Assembly (NCBI GenBank): GCA_051294375.1
Contig: CM119265.1
Span: forward strand, 5,689,696-5,753,695
DNA: 64,000 nt
Direction: 5' to 3'
Source of the DNA: Paraspadella gotoi
Taxonomy: Eukaryota > Animalia > Chaetognatha
The first letter of the stretch is position 1. Every line of letters begins with the position of its first letter. Both the position numbers and the translations under genes were made by a program. The notes under the pieces are model-generated. The model was not told the origin of the DNA. It searched no databases and saw nothing but the letters and a program-made list of their open reading frames with translations. Of this stretch, positions 1-13,065 are shown piece after piece.

Positions 1-982
1 AAAAAATCAACATCCCCCAGCGATCGCATAAAAACGGATTTTAAAAATAAAGCGCGCTAATTGATCTCATAAATTCCGAGCATGACCAGGCAACTCCACG
101 GTCGCGATTTGATAAAGGATTAAAGGTGGAGGAGAGTGTGACCGTATTACGTACGTTTGGACGTGAAGCGGTTAATAAGTTAATATAAAAATGTTTTTAT
201 GCTCTTTTTTATCTTGACTGTCGGGATCGATAATTGACTTATTGTCATATTATTTCGAGTTTTGAGTTTTTCTTGTTATAATTTACAATCCCGATCGCGT
301 GATTCGAGTTTGAAGTTAGAAGAAAAAAAGTGTCACAGGTATGTAACTGATTCTGGGGCGATATCCAAGTTGAATAATTTTACGACAGGAATTCGACAAG
401 AATTCCAGGATGTCGCAAGGCCGGTAATAGAATCTTGACTAAAAGAACTGTCAGTTGGACACTTTAACTTATTATTAAGTGGACTTGGTTATTTTTTACA
501 TTGATTTGCATTTTGATTTCGATTTCCGTTTGTCTGTTGGGTTGGGGGAGAGAGAGATAGAAAGAGAGTGCGCCTCGACGAAGATGCATGAAATTACGGC
601 GCTTGTTTTTCTTATCACCCAAAAAATGCGTCTGCAATTGCGCATTAAAGTCGCATTTGTTTTTCCTGGTAACGATATTCGGCAAAGGAATTGGAAAGTA
701 GGTCGTCGTTGTTGTTGTTGTTGTTGTGGGCGGCTTAAAACATTCAGGCCTCCGCTTTGGCGAGGGGTTTTGCTTTCGTCGGTAATGGGAGGGGAAAGTA
801 GATAAGTTTCTCGCTTACAAACAATAAATAAATATAAAACAATCATCAAAAACCAGTTGCTTGGGTCACGACTACACGATGGAATAACGTTCTTCGTCGA
901 TCTGAACATTTAATTTATGGCGTATATCTGTAAAAAAAAAATGTTAATAAATCCAAATAAACTGGAAGAACGCCCGACAAAC

Positions 983-1084
983 TTTTAACTTGCCACTTGA
1001 CATTTTAACTTGCCACTTGACATTTTAACTTGCCACTTGACATTTTAACTTGCCACTTGACATTTTAACTTGCCCCTTGACATT
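983..1084. repeat. 20-bp minisatellite (CATTTTAACTTGCCACTTGA) x ~5
   Basis: Five consecutive near-perfect units are visible; the last carries CCCCTTGA instead of CCACTTGA. Confidence 0.95.
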
Positions 1085-1684
1085 CCAGAGATTCTGCTTT
1101 TTCATCTCCGTTGAGGAGCGAGGGAGACTGAAAAGGAGCGCCAACTGGGGACGGGAGAGGAAGAAAGCTGTTAAAGTTGTTTTCGATCTTCTCTCTCGAC
1201 TTAAATATGCAAACGAGGTCCTCGGCGGCGAACGGGCGAAAGAGAGAGACGCCCGAGGTGAGACCGAATGAGTGAGGGAAGGAGGGAGGGGGAAAAATGG
1301 GTGAGGGGGATAGTGAAGATGTTTTTTTTTTTTTTAAAAAGGGAAAAGAATGAAAGTAGGGCGGCGGTGATGGATGGTTTTATAAAACAATGTGTTAGGG
1401 CGAGGAAACCGAGGAAATGATCGCTTTTTCATGCTCGTGATATTTCACTCTAATAATTGTAGACGATGGGTGTTTTAAAACCCCAATGGTTAAACCGAAA
1501 ATTCTCACGCAAGTCCTTCTCTCCTTCGAATATTCTTCAAACGAATTTCATCAAATGTCGCGAAACAAAGTTCACCTACGCACCGTCAATATTTTAAGCC
1601 TTAATCCCTCCCGTCGCTCGCGGAAACCAACGTTGACCTCACCCTATCCCCCCCCCCAAAAAAAAAAGAGAGAGAAAAAAAAAT

Positions 1685-1800
1685 AAAATGGCGGTCAATC
1701 GGGCGCCGCGTCGCCGCGTCGCCGACTGGGAAACCGCGCCGTTTTTCGGCCAATTCGAGAGGAAACGACGAAATGGCTGAGCCAAGGAATATGGGCGGGG
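1685..1800. promoter_or_regulatory. Candidate CpG-rich promoter-like cluster (YY1-like AAAATGGCGG, CCAAT, GC box)
   Basis: AAAATGGCGG at 1685-1694, CCAAT at 1750-1754 and GGGCGGGG at 1793-1800 lie in a CpG-dense patch ~2.4 kb upstream of the first recognisable IgSF exon. Short motif matches only. Confidence 0.25.
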
Positions 1801-2275
1801 CACAAGGTGACTCGGATTTATTGGATTTATGGAAACCCCAGAAATTGAGGCAGTACCGCGATCAAGATAAATGATAAAGGAGAAGGGGAGGAAAGAGGGA
1901 AAATGGGAGGAGGAGAGGGAGGAAGGGGAGGAGAAGAGGAGAGGAGGGAGGGAGAGAAAGAGAGAGAAAGTGAATGAGAGAACAATGAATAAGATAATCG
2001 TACCGATGAAAGAGAATGAACAACAGAAGAGCTTTTTACAACCGTCAGCAGCTTATTCTAAGTAACAGAAATTTTAATTTAAATATTTATATAATTGGAG
2101 ATTACAAATTTACAAATAAGCATACGTCTGATCAATGGTCTTTGTTCTTGTCTATACAATAGCAAAACTTCCTCCGATTTAGACGCGTCGTGACCAGAAG
2201 GGAGACCAATGAAAACAAATAGACCGGGAACGAAGGACCTGAACTCTGTCTCATGTCTGAAGGTGGCGACGGCGT

Positions 2276-2385
<110 letters not shown>

Positions 2386-3006
2386 ATCTTGGTCGCCTTC
2401 CGTCCAACCGATCGGGTTGTCAACTAGTCTCGCCCTGTCTACCCCGCCGAGTCGTTCGTCGATTTATCTTCTTGCGCTTCTCACGCATTTGGCTATTATT
2501 TCTCTTTTAACCCTTTCTTCTCCTAGCTTATACCTTATACTTTCCATTGGTCTTCCGATCCTTTTATCTTCCTATCGATTTCTTTCCCGAGTCTTTAATC
2601 TTCCTAACCTTTATTGTTTCATCCTTGCCTTTCATACTTCTGAAACCCCTTTCCTTTTCTGCCTTTGTCTTTTATTTCTCTTCCTATCCTTTCATCTTCT
2701 CACGTATATCGTATAACCAGACTAAAGATTTATCGCGGTTGCAAACACCATCCTTTTTTTTTTCTCTATTAGAATATCTCAAACTCTCGTCTTTCTTTTC
2801 CTCCCCTTCCCCCCCCCTTTCCCCCTTCACCCAAATCCACCTCCCCCCTCCTGTGAAAGTGGGAGAGTAACCAGAAAGGCGCGGGTCGACGGACGGTGTG
2901 TCAAAGGCCAACCTCGTAGACATCCTTTCCTGACCAAAAAAAACTTCCAATACTCAGGGAAAGGTTCGCCTTAATGAAAAAAATTTCTTGCGAGCCTTGC
3001 CCCCTA

Positions 3007-3059
<53 letters not shown>

Positions 3060-3510
3060 CTCTCTCTCTCTCTTACTCCGCGGTGCCAAAATGATTCCCG
3101 CGGTCGATTTTTTTTGTTGATCGGAAGCGTCAAGATTGGGGTGAAACATTTTTGGCGAGATGAGAAAACAGACGTTGGGTTCAATCTGGACAGACGCCAA
3201 GATGATAAAGTGAAAAGCAAAATGGGTTCATGAATATGAAGACAAATAGATAGAATTATAGCATGGCCGATACAAAATACTTTATCATCGGTCGACTTGC
3301 AAATTTTCGTTTCGAAACACAATATTGGTATATTCAAGCAGCAAAAATTTAAAACCTTCATTTTGCTCTCAAAACAAAGTTCGTTTTCCACCGAAAGTAA
3401 ACGAGCTCTAATTTTTCTTTCGAGTCTTACTTATCCTTAGATTTCTTGTCGCAATATCTCTCTCTCACTATTTATCAACGGGCCTTAATTTCGTCGCCCA
3501 CTGATTTCCA

Positions 3511-3644
<134 letters not shown>

Positions 3645-4232
3645 CGTCTTTCGTGGGTAATCAATCGGAAATAGTTTTCGCTACTTATTCACGCTCAACC
3701 AAAATCCCATTTACATAAAACCGCATAGGGTTTGGAAAAAAAAATGGCGAAGGAGAGAAGATGGATAATCTTTTAGTGATTAATAGGAATTTTAAAAAAA
3801 TGGGAATTCCATTTTTAGATGACCAAGTAAAGTTTTTGTCAGCATTTTTATTCCATTGCGAATTTCCACTACTCTTTCTTGCTTGTTTCAAATTTAATTG
3901 CTACATTTTCTAAGTTTTAATTTCATTAAATTCATTAAAATTTCATTTCATTAACAGATTTTTAACGGTGATAATCGATATTTTTCTCCTCAAAGACCAA
4001 AAAAAGTGCGACATCAGCGAATAGAAATCGAACGAAAAAAAAAAAAACAAAACAAAATGGCCGAAGGAAGTTCGAGGCGCCATCTCTTCGTCTCCTCATT
4101 TCTTTGGGAATTGAAGAATTGAAATTTCTCGGATTAAATCTCGACATACATCGCTGCGCTCTGGCTCTCTCTCTCCCCCGATCTTCTCATCGTACCGCCC
4201 CTCCCCTTCACGCGGCGAATCTAAAAAAAAAG

Positions 4233-4583
4233 ATTGGGCTGCCTCTTCGGGGGGGCGGCGCGACGCCGTTCCTCTCGTCGCGACGCCGGCGACTCCCGAC
4301 GACGACGCCGTACGGATTCACGCTCGTGGCGGCGTTGTTTCTCTCCTCTCTCTTGGCGTCCTTCGTGGCGCTGGACCACCAGCAATCCGCCGTGCCGATC
4401 GGATCCACGGTGGCGTTCGAGTGCGCCGACGTGACGACGGCCGTTTGGATCAAGACTCACGCCGACGTCGCCAAGAATCGCATCTTGACCACCAACGGCG
4501 TCAACCCTTTCGACGCTAAAGTCGATCTCTACAAATACGGATTCCAACGAGACGGGAATAAATTCAAGCTCGTCATCAAGCAG
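4233..4583 (+). CDS. IgSF protein, exon A: signal-peptide-like segment plus N-terminal part of Ig domain 1 (5' boundary uncertain)
   Basis: Hydrophobic FTLVAALFLSSLLASFVA is followed by VPIGSTVAFEC...AVWIK...FKLVIKQ (Ig B-strand Cys, C-strand Trp, E-strand L-x-I). The exon ends at a phase-0 CAG|GTGAGA donor at 4583/4584. There is no in-frame ATG; 4233 is the first AG after a pyrimidine-rich tract and is a guess. Confidence 0.85.
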
Positions 4584-5237
4584 GTGAGAGAGAGGGAAAA
4601 AGAGAAAGCGGGAATGTTTGGAGAAAGCTTGCTTTGCGTGGTTGTTTTTTTTTTTCATTTGCCCGGTCGCGAACCGATTTGCCAGGGAAATTAAGTACGA
4701 GCAAAAGGGTTCCGTTGGGATTGGATTCTGTTGGGCCCGGGGGTACGGGGTAATTCCCTTGAGAACAAATTCTGTGTGTGGGAAATCCCGTGAGGGGATA
4801 TGCTGTGACAAGGGAATGCCAATCCCATCGTGGAAAACAAAATTAGAATGAGGAGATTTGTAAGAGGGATTATAGTAGAGGTATCGAAAAATTGAATCCA
4901 CTATTTTTTTTTTTTTTTTTTTTGGCGGAAGAAATTTTAATTTTTAAAGGGCAAAGTTAAAGTTAGAAATTAAGTACCAACGTAACGATATAGAATTTAT
5001 TGCATGAACAAAACTTAACACAATACGACATACTAAAATTTTAATTTTTTCAAATAAAAAGCCTACAAGAAATAGAGATAAAATATAGAAAAATAGAAAT
5101 CGTAAAAAACATAATAGAATCAATAAAAAAAACTTTTAAAGTTCAACGGAATATCGTTAAAATATGGTAAGAGGAAAAAAGTTTATCGTTTCTCTTTTGC
5201 TCTCATTCTTTTAATTCTTATCGGGTTCTCTCCCAGT

Positions 5238-5275
<38 letters not shown>

Positions 5276-7127
5276 ATTTAAAGGCGCCTTAACAAGTTAC
5301 TTGTGGCACTGTGCCGTACGTCATGTCTCTCTCTCTCTCTCTCTCTCTCTCGTTTCACTTTATTTCTTTTCCTTTAATTCCTTGGGTAAGAAATTTTTTT
5401 TTGATTGGCTTCCAGCGGATTATATTCCAATACTTCGCTTTGTCGTGTCAATTTGCAGCGAAGCTTCGATTCCTTTGATATCCTCTCTCTCTCCTTCTCT
5501 CCTCCTCTCTTCTCTTCTCTCTCTCTCTCTTCTCTCTCCTCTTCTCTCTTCCTCTCTCTCTCTCTCTCTCTCCTAATCCACCAGATCCCATAGACTGATG
5601 CGACCCTTTCATTCATCCTTCCATTTCCATTTCATCCCCGATTCAATTCCATTCGACTCTTCCATCTTCTTCTACTTCATTTGGCCCATTTCTTTTTTTT
5701 TTTCTCCCTTGGAACTTTTTCTATTAACTATTTTTAAGGTCATGTTTCGGCCATATTTTGCAAAAGCGCCTCATTTTAGCTTAAATTCAGAAATACTCCA
5801 GTCGCGTTAAAATTAAATTAGGTATGGAATGAAGGAACAGAAATGGAAAGATTTTGAAAAATAGCTTATTTTAATCCGGACATACAATCTCATTTAAAAA
5901 ATCTCCCCTCTACTTGGGTACATCACCCATTTACATCCCACCCACTACCACCACCCCAGCACCTCCTCCTCCATCCCGANNNNNNNNNNNNNNNNNNNNN
6001 NNNNNNNNNNNNNNNNNNNNNNNNNNNNNNNNNNNNNNNNNNNNNNNNNNNNNNNNNNNNNNNNNNNNNNNNNNNNNNNNNNNNNNNNNNNNNNNNNNNN
6101 NNNNNNNNNNNNNNNNNNNNNNNNNNNNNNNNNNNNNNNNNNNNNNNNNNNNNNNNNNNNNNNNNNNNNNNNNNNNNNNNNNNNNNNNNNNNNNNNNNNN
6201 NNNNNNNNNNNNNNNNNNNNNNNNNNNNNNNNNNNNNNNNNNNNNNNNNNNNNNNNNNTTTTTCCGCAACGCAAACATCCTGGGCTTGCCTGTTTCGCCG
6301 CCTTTGAACACGAGCCTTGGAGAATTTTCAATTCGTTTCTCTAATTAGTTTCGTTCTCCTCGTTTTTTCCATCCCNNNNNNNNNNNNNNNNNNNNNNNNN
6401 NNNNNNNNNNNNNNNNNNNNNNNNNNNNNNNNNNNNNNNNNNNNNNNNNNNNNNNNNNNNNNNNNNNNNNNNNNNNNNNNNNNNNNNNNNNNNNNNNNNN
6501 NNNNNNNNNNNNNNNNNNNNNNNNNNNNNNNNNNNNNNNNNNNNNNNNNNNNNNNNNNNNNNNNNNNNNNNNNNNNNNNNNNNNNNNNNNNNNNNNNNNN
6601 NNNNNNNNNTTTTTTTTTTCTTCGTCTTTTCTTTCCTTCTTTCTCATCTTTTTTATCTTCTTTTTTTCCTAATTTTTTGTCCTCTTCAAACGCAAAATAG
6701 TTTTTGCTTTCTTCTCTAATTTTAAATTTCAAGACAAAAAAAAATCCGGAATTCTTTTTTTTTCTTTTCTCTTTTCTTTCTCTTTGAGAAGAGAAAAGAA
6801 GAAGAAAAACAGAAAACAAACTGAGAAAGGAAAATATGGAGGGAGTTTGAAACATAATAAATCATTTCTTTTCTACGTCGATTCATGAAAATGGATTTTT
6901 TTGACTAAAAAATGAAAAGCGGAGTAAAGAGAGAGAGAGAGAGAGAGAGNNNNNNNNNNNNNNNNNNNNNNNNNNNNNNNNNNNNNNNNNNNNNNNNNNN
7001 NNNNNNNNNNNNNNNNNNNNNNNNNNNNNNNNNNNNNNNNNNNNNNNNNNNNNNNNNNNNNNNNNNNNNNNNNNNNNNNNNNNNNNNNNNNNNNNNNNNN
7101 NNNNNNNNNNNNNNNNNNNNNNNNNNN

Positions 7128-7162
<35 letters not shown>

Positions 7163-7764
7163 TTAAAGTAAAAACGTCTGAACTCATCGAAAAAATAAAA
7201 ATTGGGTGCGAATTAAAAAGAAAAGCAAATGAATAGAGTATTGAAAAATCTAACTTTTTGTTTTAAACGGCATGGCAAGTTTTCTTTTCTCCATATTTTT
7301 TAAGAATATGTATTTAAAAAGATATTATTTTTACTGGCTCGCGAAAACGTAAATTTCAATTGCCAAGAGTTTTCATTCGCCATCGACATCGTCAGCGAAG
7401 CCACTTTCTTATATATTTCTTCTTCTCATCCCTCTTCCGTCGCTAATGATTAATACCGCATTTTTTCTCCCTTCATTTCTTCTTTCTACGCCAATTATTT
7501 TTTTCTCATTTTTATTATAGTAGAATCGATTCTCTTTTTTTTTATTTCTAGTTTCGTCTCTTCTCCGTCGACGTCTCTACGGTTGCCAACAGCTTTCACC
7601 CGTTTGTCTTTTGTTGGTTTGAGTTTTCTGTCGAAGCGGCTGAGTGAGGAAAAGGAAGAGAGAGAAGGAGATAACGACTTAATTATAACATAATTTAAAT
7701 AATAATTTGTTAATTGGTGATATTATCAAATTTCTTTTTTTTTTTTTTAGGTTTTTAATTTTTG

Positions 7765-8087
7765 ATTATTACTGTAGCGTCGTTTCCCTTTATCAATTCT
7801 GACAATCAAATTATTTTATTTAATTTAATTTCTTTTTCGCAGAATATCTCCTTTTCTTATCCCAAATGATATTACACACTTATCCCTGATTTACAAGTAT
7901 GAATAGGTTTTAACACTGTGGGTTTGGACGTTTTACGCCTCGGGAACGTTTTTATTTTTTCTGTGGAAGTTGAATGAATTTTAAATTTTGAAAATAAATA
8001 TTTAACGTTCTTTTAAAAGAAAAAATTACTACGCGCTTCCGCATGTGACTTTGTTTACCCTAGTTTTCGTATTCGTTCATTTGTGTG

Positions 8088-8126
<39 letters not shown>

Positions 8127-8944
8127 ACGAATCCGATATTACTTTAGAGAATGTATTACTGTAGCGGGTCGTTTCCCTTTATGGTCTAAATTACTGAATA
8201 CAAATTATTTATTTAAATTAATTTCTTTTCGAGAGATATCTCCTTCATTCATGCTCGGTAAGCGGGCCGGTCAATATAATTGATTATTTCTTTTTAAAAC
8301 ACAGACTATATCCTCGATGGGTTACATATTATGAAATATAGAGTTTTTATTAACATGTTGTGGCTAAAATTATTGAATTCAGTTTTCACTTCCCTGTTAC
8401 GACCCTCAAAAAGGGATTCGTTTTTATTTTTTTCTTGGAGCTTGAATAATGGAAAAACTGACGTCCTGAGCCGCGTTTATTTATTTTAACTTTATGCATA
8501 ATTGGGGGACGAGGCCGGATGATATATCTGAAACCGGCGTCCGTCGCGCAACCCGTCACCCCCGGTCCCAGCCCCAAACCCACCATGTTTTTCGGTTATA
8601 TATTTTTGGTTAATTTGTTTATTGGTTGTTTTTAACTTTCACTGTGTTAAACAAGAGGAGGGAAGAAGGGGAATAAGTGTTTTTTCTTGTTGTGTAATAC
8701 ATGTGATAAGAAAAAGATATCTCGGAAAAAGGAAAATGGAGTAATGAGATAATGGCCGAATGAAAGACTGCGAGAAATATTGGAGGAAGTTGAATGAATT
8801 TAAATTTTGAAAAAAAATATTAACGTTCTTTAAAAAGAAAAATTCACTGACGCGCTTCCGCATGTGACTTTGTTTACCTAGTTCGATATTCGTTCAGTTT
8901 GTCTGTGTTTGTTCTCTCTCTCTCTCTCTCTCTCTCTCATCTCA

Positions 8945-8945
<1 letters not shown>
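7765..8945. repeat. Local imperfect tandem duplication (7765-8125 vs 8153-8945), probably assembly-derived
   Basis: Anchors TATTACTGTAGCG...GTTTCCCTTTAT and GGAAGTTGAATGAATT...CGCGCTTCCGCATGTGACTTTGTTTACC each occur twice. The copies differ by indels, and the second has ~400 extra bp. Confidence 0.8.
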
Positions 8946-8976
<31 letters not shown>

Positions 8977-9213
8977 TCTCTCTCTCATCCTCTCTCCCCC
9001 CCCCCTATTTCCTACTCCCTTTTCTTCATCGGGTTTTTTGTTTTCCCTCCTCAACATAAAATAGCAGAGGAGAGTTTTCTTTTGGTTTGCCTGAGAAGGA
9101 AAATCCAACAAACTATGTTTTTCAATCCCTGCTGAGACGAAATTGAATTTCAGCGGATTCCAACATCACTCTTTCTCTCTCTCTCCTCTCTCTCTCTCTT
9201 CTCTTCTCTCTCT

Positions 9214-9265
<52 letters not shown>

Positions 9266-9837
9266 NNNNNNNNNNNNNNNNNNNNNNNNNACACACACAA
9301 CCTTGAAAATTGTTCGGTTGAGTAGCAAAAAAATGGTCTTCCTTTTGGCTGGGAGCCGTTCCATATTATTTTTCTTATAAAAAAATCAAAATCATACTAT
9401 TTTCCTTGTTTTGCTATTTTTGCTATTTTCCTGATGTTTCGGCGTTTCTAAATCAAACATGAAATTCTGCTGAAAAATAGTCTGAACGGCGTAAAACAAT
9501 AAGAAACATTGCATCAAATCGCAGGTGTACAAATACTAGAACCAAAATGTCGTTAGCGGTTAAAACGCTCATATTATTAAAAAGGTAAACGAACTCCCGT
9601 TTTTACGAAATATTCATGCGGAAACACGAACGCGAAATTGAAAAATAAAATATTCAACAGAATATCATCATCGTCTTTTGTCCCCGTCGTCGTTGTCGTC
9701 GTCGTCGTCGTCGTCGTCGTCGTTATCGTCATTCACGATCTAGAAAAACACCAAAGTCTTGATTGCAAAAAAAAATGAAAGTGGAACAACGTCGTTTCTG
9801 CAAGGAGATAAATTTTAATAAATAATCTATGACTTAT

Positions 9838-11034
9838 TAAATCATTGTCCCGCGCTCCACGTTATTGGTTCAACAAGAGTCAACTGTCGCCCGGACTTTT
9901 ACAACGCCTTTAATCGAAACAAATATATGTATGTTAAACTAACAAATGATTCTTTAGTTTTTAACCTAAATAAGAAATGTAACCTGGTTTAAGGTTAATC
10001 GTTGAGAGAAACAGTTCATTCAAATCAGCAACATCAGAATAAAAATTTTTCACCTTCTTTTTTTTGTTTGTTTCTTTGTTTGTTTGTTTGTTTGTTTATT
10101 TATTTTTTGTTTGTTGGTTTTTTAGTGTGTGTGTGTGTGCGTGTGTGTTTTAGGTTTTTTTAGTTTTTTGTTTCTTTGTATTTTTTTTTTATCGGAAAAC
10201 GAACTTCTTTTTCGTGCAACGGTCTGTTGGCGTTTTCTTATCGACAGCTTTACCGCCTTCGTATTTACAGCCTTTGCTGACTTCACAGTCTTTCTCTTCG
10301 CAGTATGAATTTAAACTTTACAGCTTTTTCGGCTGAATCTTCAGGCTTCGCGCCCTCACAAAATCCCAAATGTCAGATATTTTTTTATGATGAAGTTCGA
10401 TTCTTACATTTTACATTAATTTGTGATAGTTTAAGATTTAAGTCCGTCAAATCTTACCAATAATTTCGTATGGTCAAATTAAATACCAGAAGTCTTTGTG
10501 AAGAATCTGGATTCTTGTTTCTTGCCCTGGAGTCTGGCCAATCCAGCGACCTACCATAAAACGGCTTCTTTTTTTTTTTTTGCCCTCGCCCTACTAAATC
10601 TTAAAGGTTTAGTTATTCTTCCTTCGTTCTCCGCAACGATCCTCGGTTTTTCCCTCTCTCGCTCTCCCTTCTCTTTTCTATTCACTCCGCCCTATATCGA
10701 GCCGTTCCGCCCTAACGGGTCACTTCCCGCCCTAAAAACCTCTTATTACTGCCCCTCCGCCTCCTCTCGCCCTTCTCCGCCTTTTTCTCGCCCCCACTTC
10801 GCCCTCGAACGCCCTCAGTCTTCTCAATTCCAAGACCCCGCTCGTAGTTTAGCGCCCACATAAATTAAGTCACGATTTCTGCATTTTTTTTTTTTCGCTC
10901 CCTTTCTTTCGAAGACATTCTATACTTTCCTTTATTTTTCCTTTGTTTTTTTTTCTTTCTTTCCCTCTTTTGTTGTTTCTTTCTTTATTATTTCTTTTTT
11001 TCTTTTTTATTTAACATTTGATCTTTATATCTAT

Positions 11035-11117
<83 letters not shown>

Positions 11118-11372
11118 AACACATATATATCTTTATATTTTTTGTTCTCTCTCTCTCCCTCTCTTTCAGTTTCCCCAGTTTCCGCTCACGCTACCACTCT
11201 TATCGGCTTCGTGTAAATGCATCAAAAAAAAGTCTTCGCTCAGGATTTTTGTTTGATGCGCGTGCCACGTCGTGCAATGTTTTTGTTGCTCTTTTTTATT
11301 TTTTTGTTTCAATTCTCTTTTACTCTCGTCTCGATATTCGCCAAATCTCGCAAGCGATTCATGGAGATATGG

Positions 11373-11455
<83 letters not shown>

Positions 11456-11554
11456 AGGGAAAGAGACGAGACAGACAGCGAAACAGCTAGACAAAGAGAC
11501 AACAGCGAAGAGAGAGAGAGAGAGACGAGAGAGAGAGACGAGCAGAGAAGAGAG

Positions 11555-11609
<55 letters not shown>

Positions 11610-13033
11610 TGAGAAAGAGTTGGTCTCTGGGGCGTCTCCTTTTTTCCATTCATCCTCGATATTTATTTTCCCCGATTTCCTTTTCTCTTCCTCCATTGAG
11701 CTTTTTTTTGGAATCGTCGTCGTCGCAGTTGTCACTATCATTACCGTCGTCGTCGTCGTCGTCGTCGTCAAAGAGAGAGATATTAATCATTGTCCGCGCT
11801 CACGTTATTGTCAACAAGAGTCAACTGTCGCCGGACTTTTACAACGCCTTTAATCGAAACAAATATATGTATGTTAAACTAACAAAATGATTCTTTAAGT
11901 TTTTTAACCTAAAGATAAGAAATGTAACCTAGGTTTAAGGTTAATCGTTGAGAGAAACAGTTCATTCAAATCAGCAACATCAGAAATAAAAATTTTCACA
12001 CTTCTTTTTTTGTTTGTTTCTTTCGTTTGTTTTAGTTTGTTTGATATTATTTATTTTCTTGTTGTTGGTTTTTTAGTGTGTGTGTGTTGCTGCGTGTGTG
12101 TTTTTAGGTTTTTTTAGTTATTTGTTTCTCTTGTATATTTTTTTACGGAAAACGAACTTCTTTATTCGTGCAACGGAGTCGTGTTGGCGTTTTCTCTTAT
12201 CGACAGCTTTTAACCGCCTTTCGTATTTACCAGCCTTTTGCTGACCTTCACAGTCTTCTTTCGCAGTATTGAATTTAAAACTTTACAGACTTTTTTTCGG
12301 CTGATCTTCACGGCTTCGGCGCCTAGCAAAAATCCCAAAATGTCAGATATTTTTTTATGATGAAGTTCGGATTCTTACATTTTACATCTAATTTGTGATA
12401 GTTTAAGATGTTAAGTCGCTCCCAAATTTACCAATAATTTCGTATGGTCAAATTAAATACCAGAATTGCTTTGTGAAGAATCTCGCGATTCTTGTGTTTC
12501 TTTGCCCTGGAGTCTGGCCAATCCTGCGAGCCTACCATAAAACGGTTCTTTTTTTTTTTTTGCCCCTCGCCCTACTAAATCTTAAAGGTTTAGTTATTCT
12601 TCCTTCGTTCTCCGCACGATCCTCCGGTTTCTTCGCCTCTCTCGCTCTCCCTTCTCTTTCTATTCACTTCGCGCCCTATATCGAGCCGTTCGGCGCCCTA
12701 AAGGGTCGCACTTCCGACCCTAAAAAACTGCTTTATTACTGCCCCTCAGACCTCCATCCTCGCCCTTCTCCGCTTTTTCTCGCCCGCCACTCGCCGTCGA
12801 ACGCCCTCAGTCATTCTCAAGTCCAAAGACCCGCACTGTAGTTTAGCGCCCACATAAATTAAGTCATCAGGATTTCTGCATTTTTTATTATTTTCGCTCG
12901 CCTTTTCTTTTCGAAGACATTCTATAACTTCCTTATATTTTTCCTTTGTTTTTTTTCTTTCTTTCCTGCCTTATTGTTGTTTCTTCTTTATTATTTTCTT
13001 TTTTCTTTTTTTATTTAACATTTGATCTTATTT

Positions 13034-13065
<32 letters not shown>

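Noticed and set aside
983-1084. 20-bp repeat array as a CRISPR array or iteron set
   Set aside because: The units abut with no unique spacers, there are no cas or rep genes, and the context is eukaryotic.
1773-1806. ATG...CAAG|GTGACT as the missing first coding exon (MAEPRNMGGAQ)
   Set aside because: The donor is phase 1 whereas the candidate acceptor at 4233 needs phase 0, and the donor is weak.
4221-4901. 226-aa minus-strand ORF
   Set aside because: It is largely the antisense shadow of IgSF exon A plus intron sequence and has no recognisable domain.
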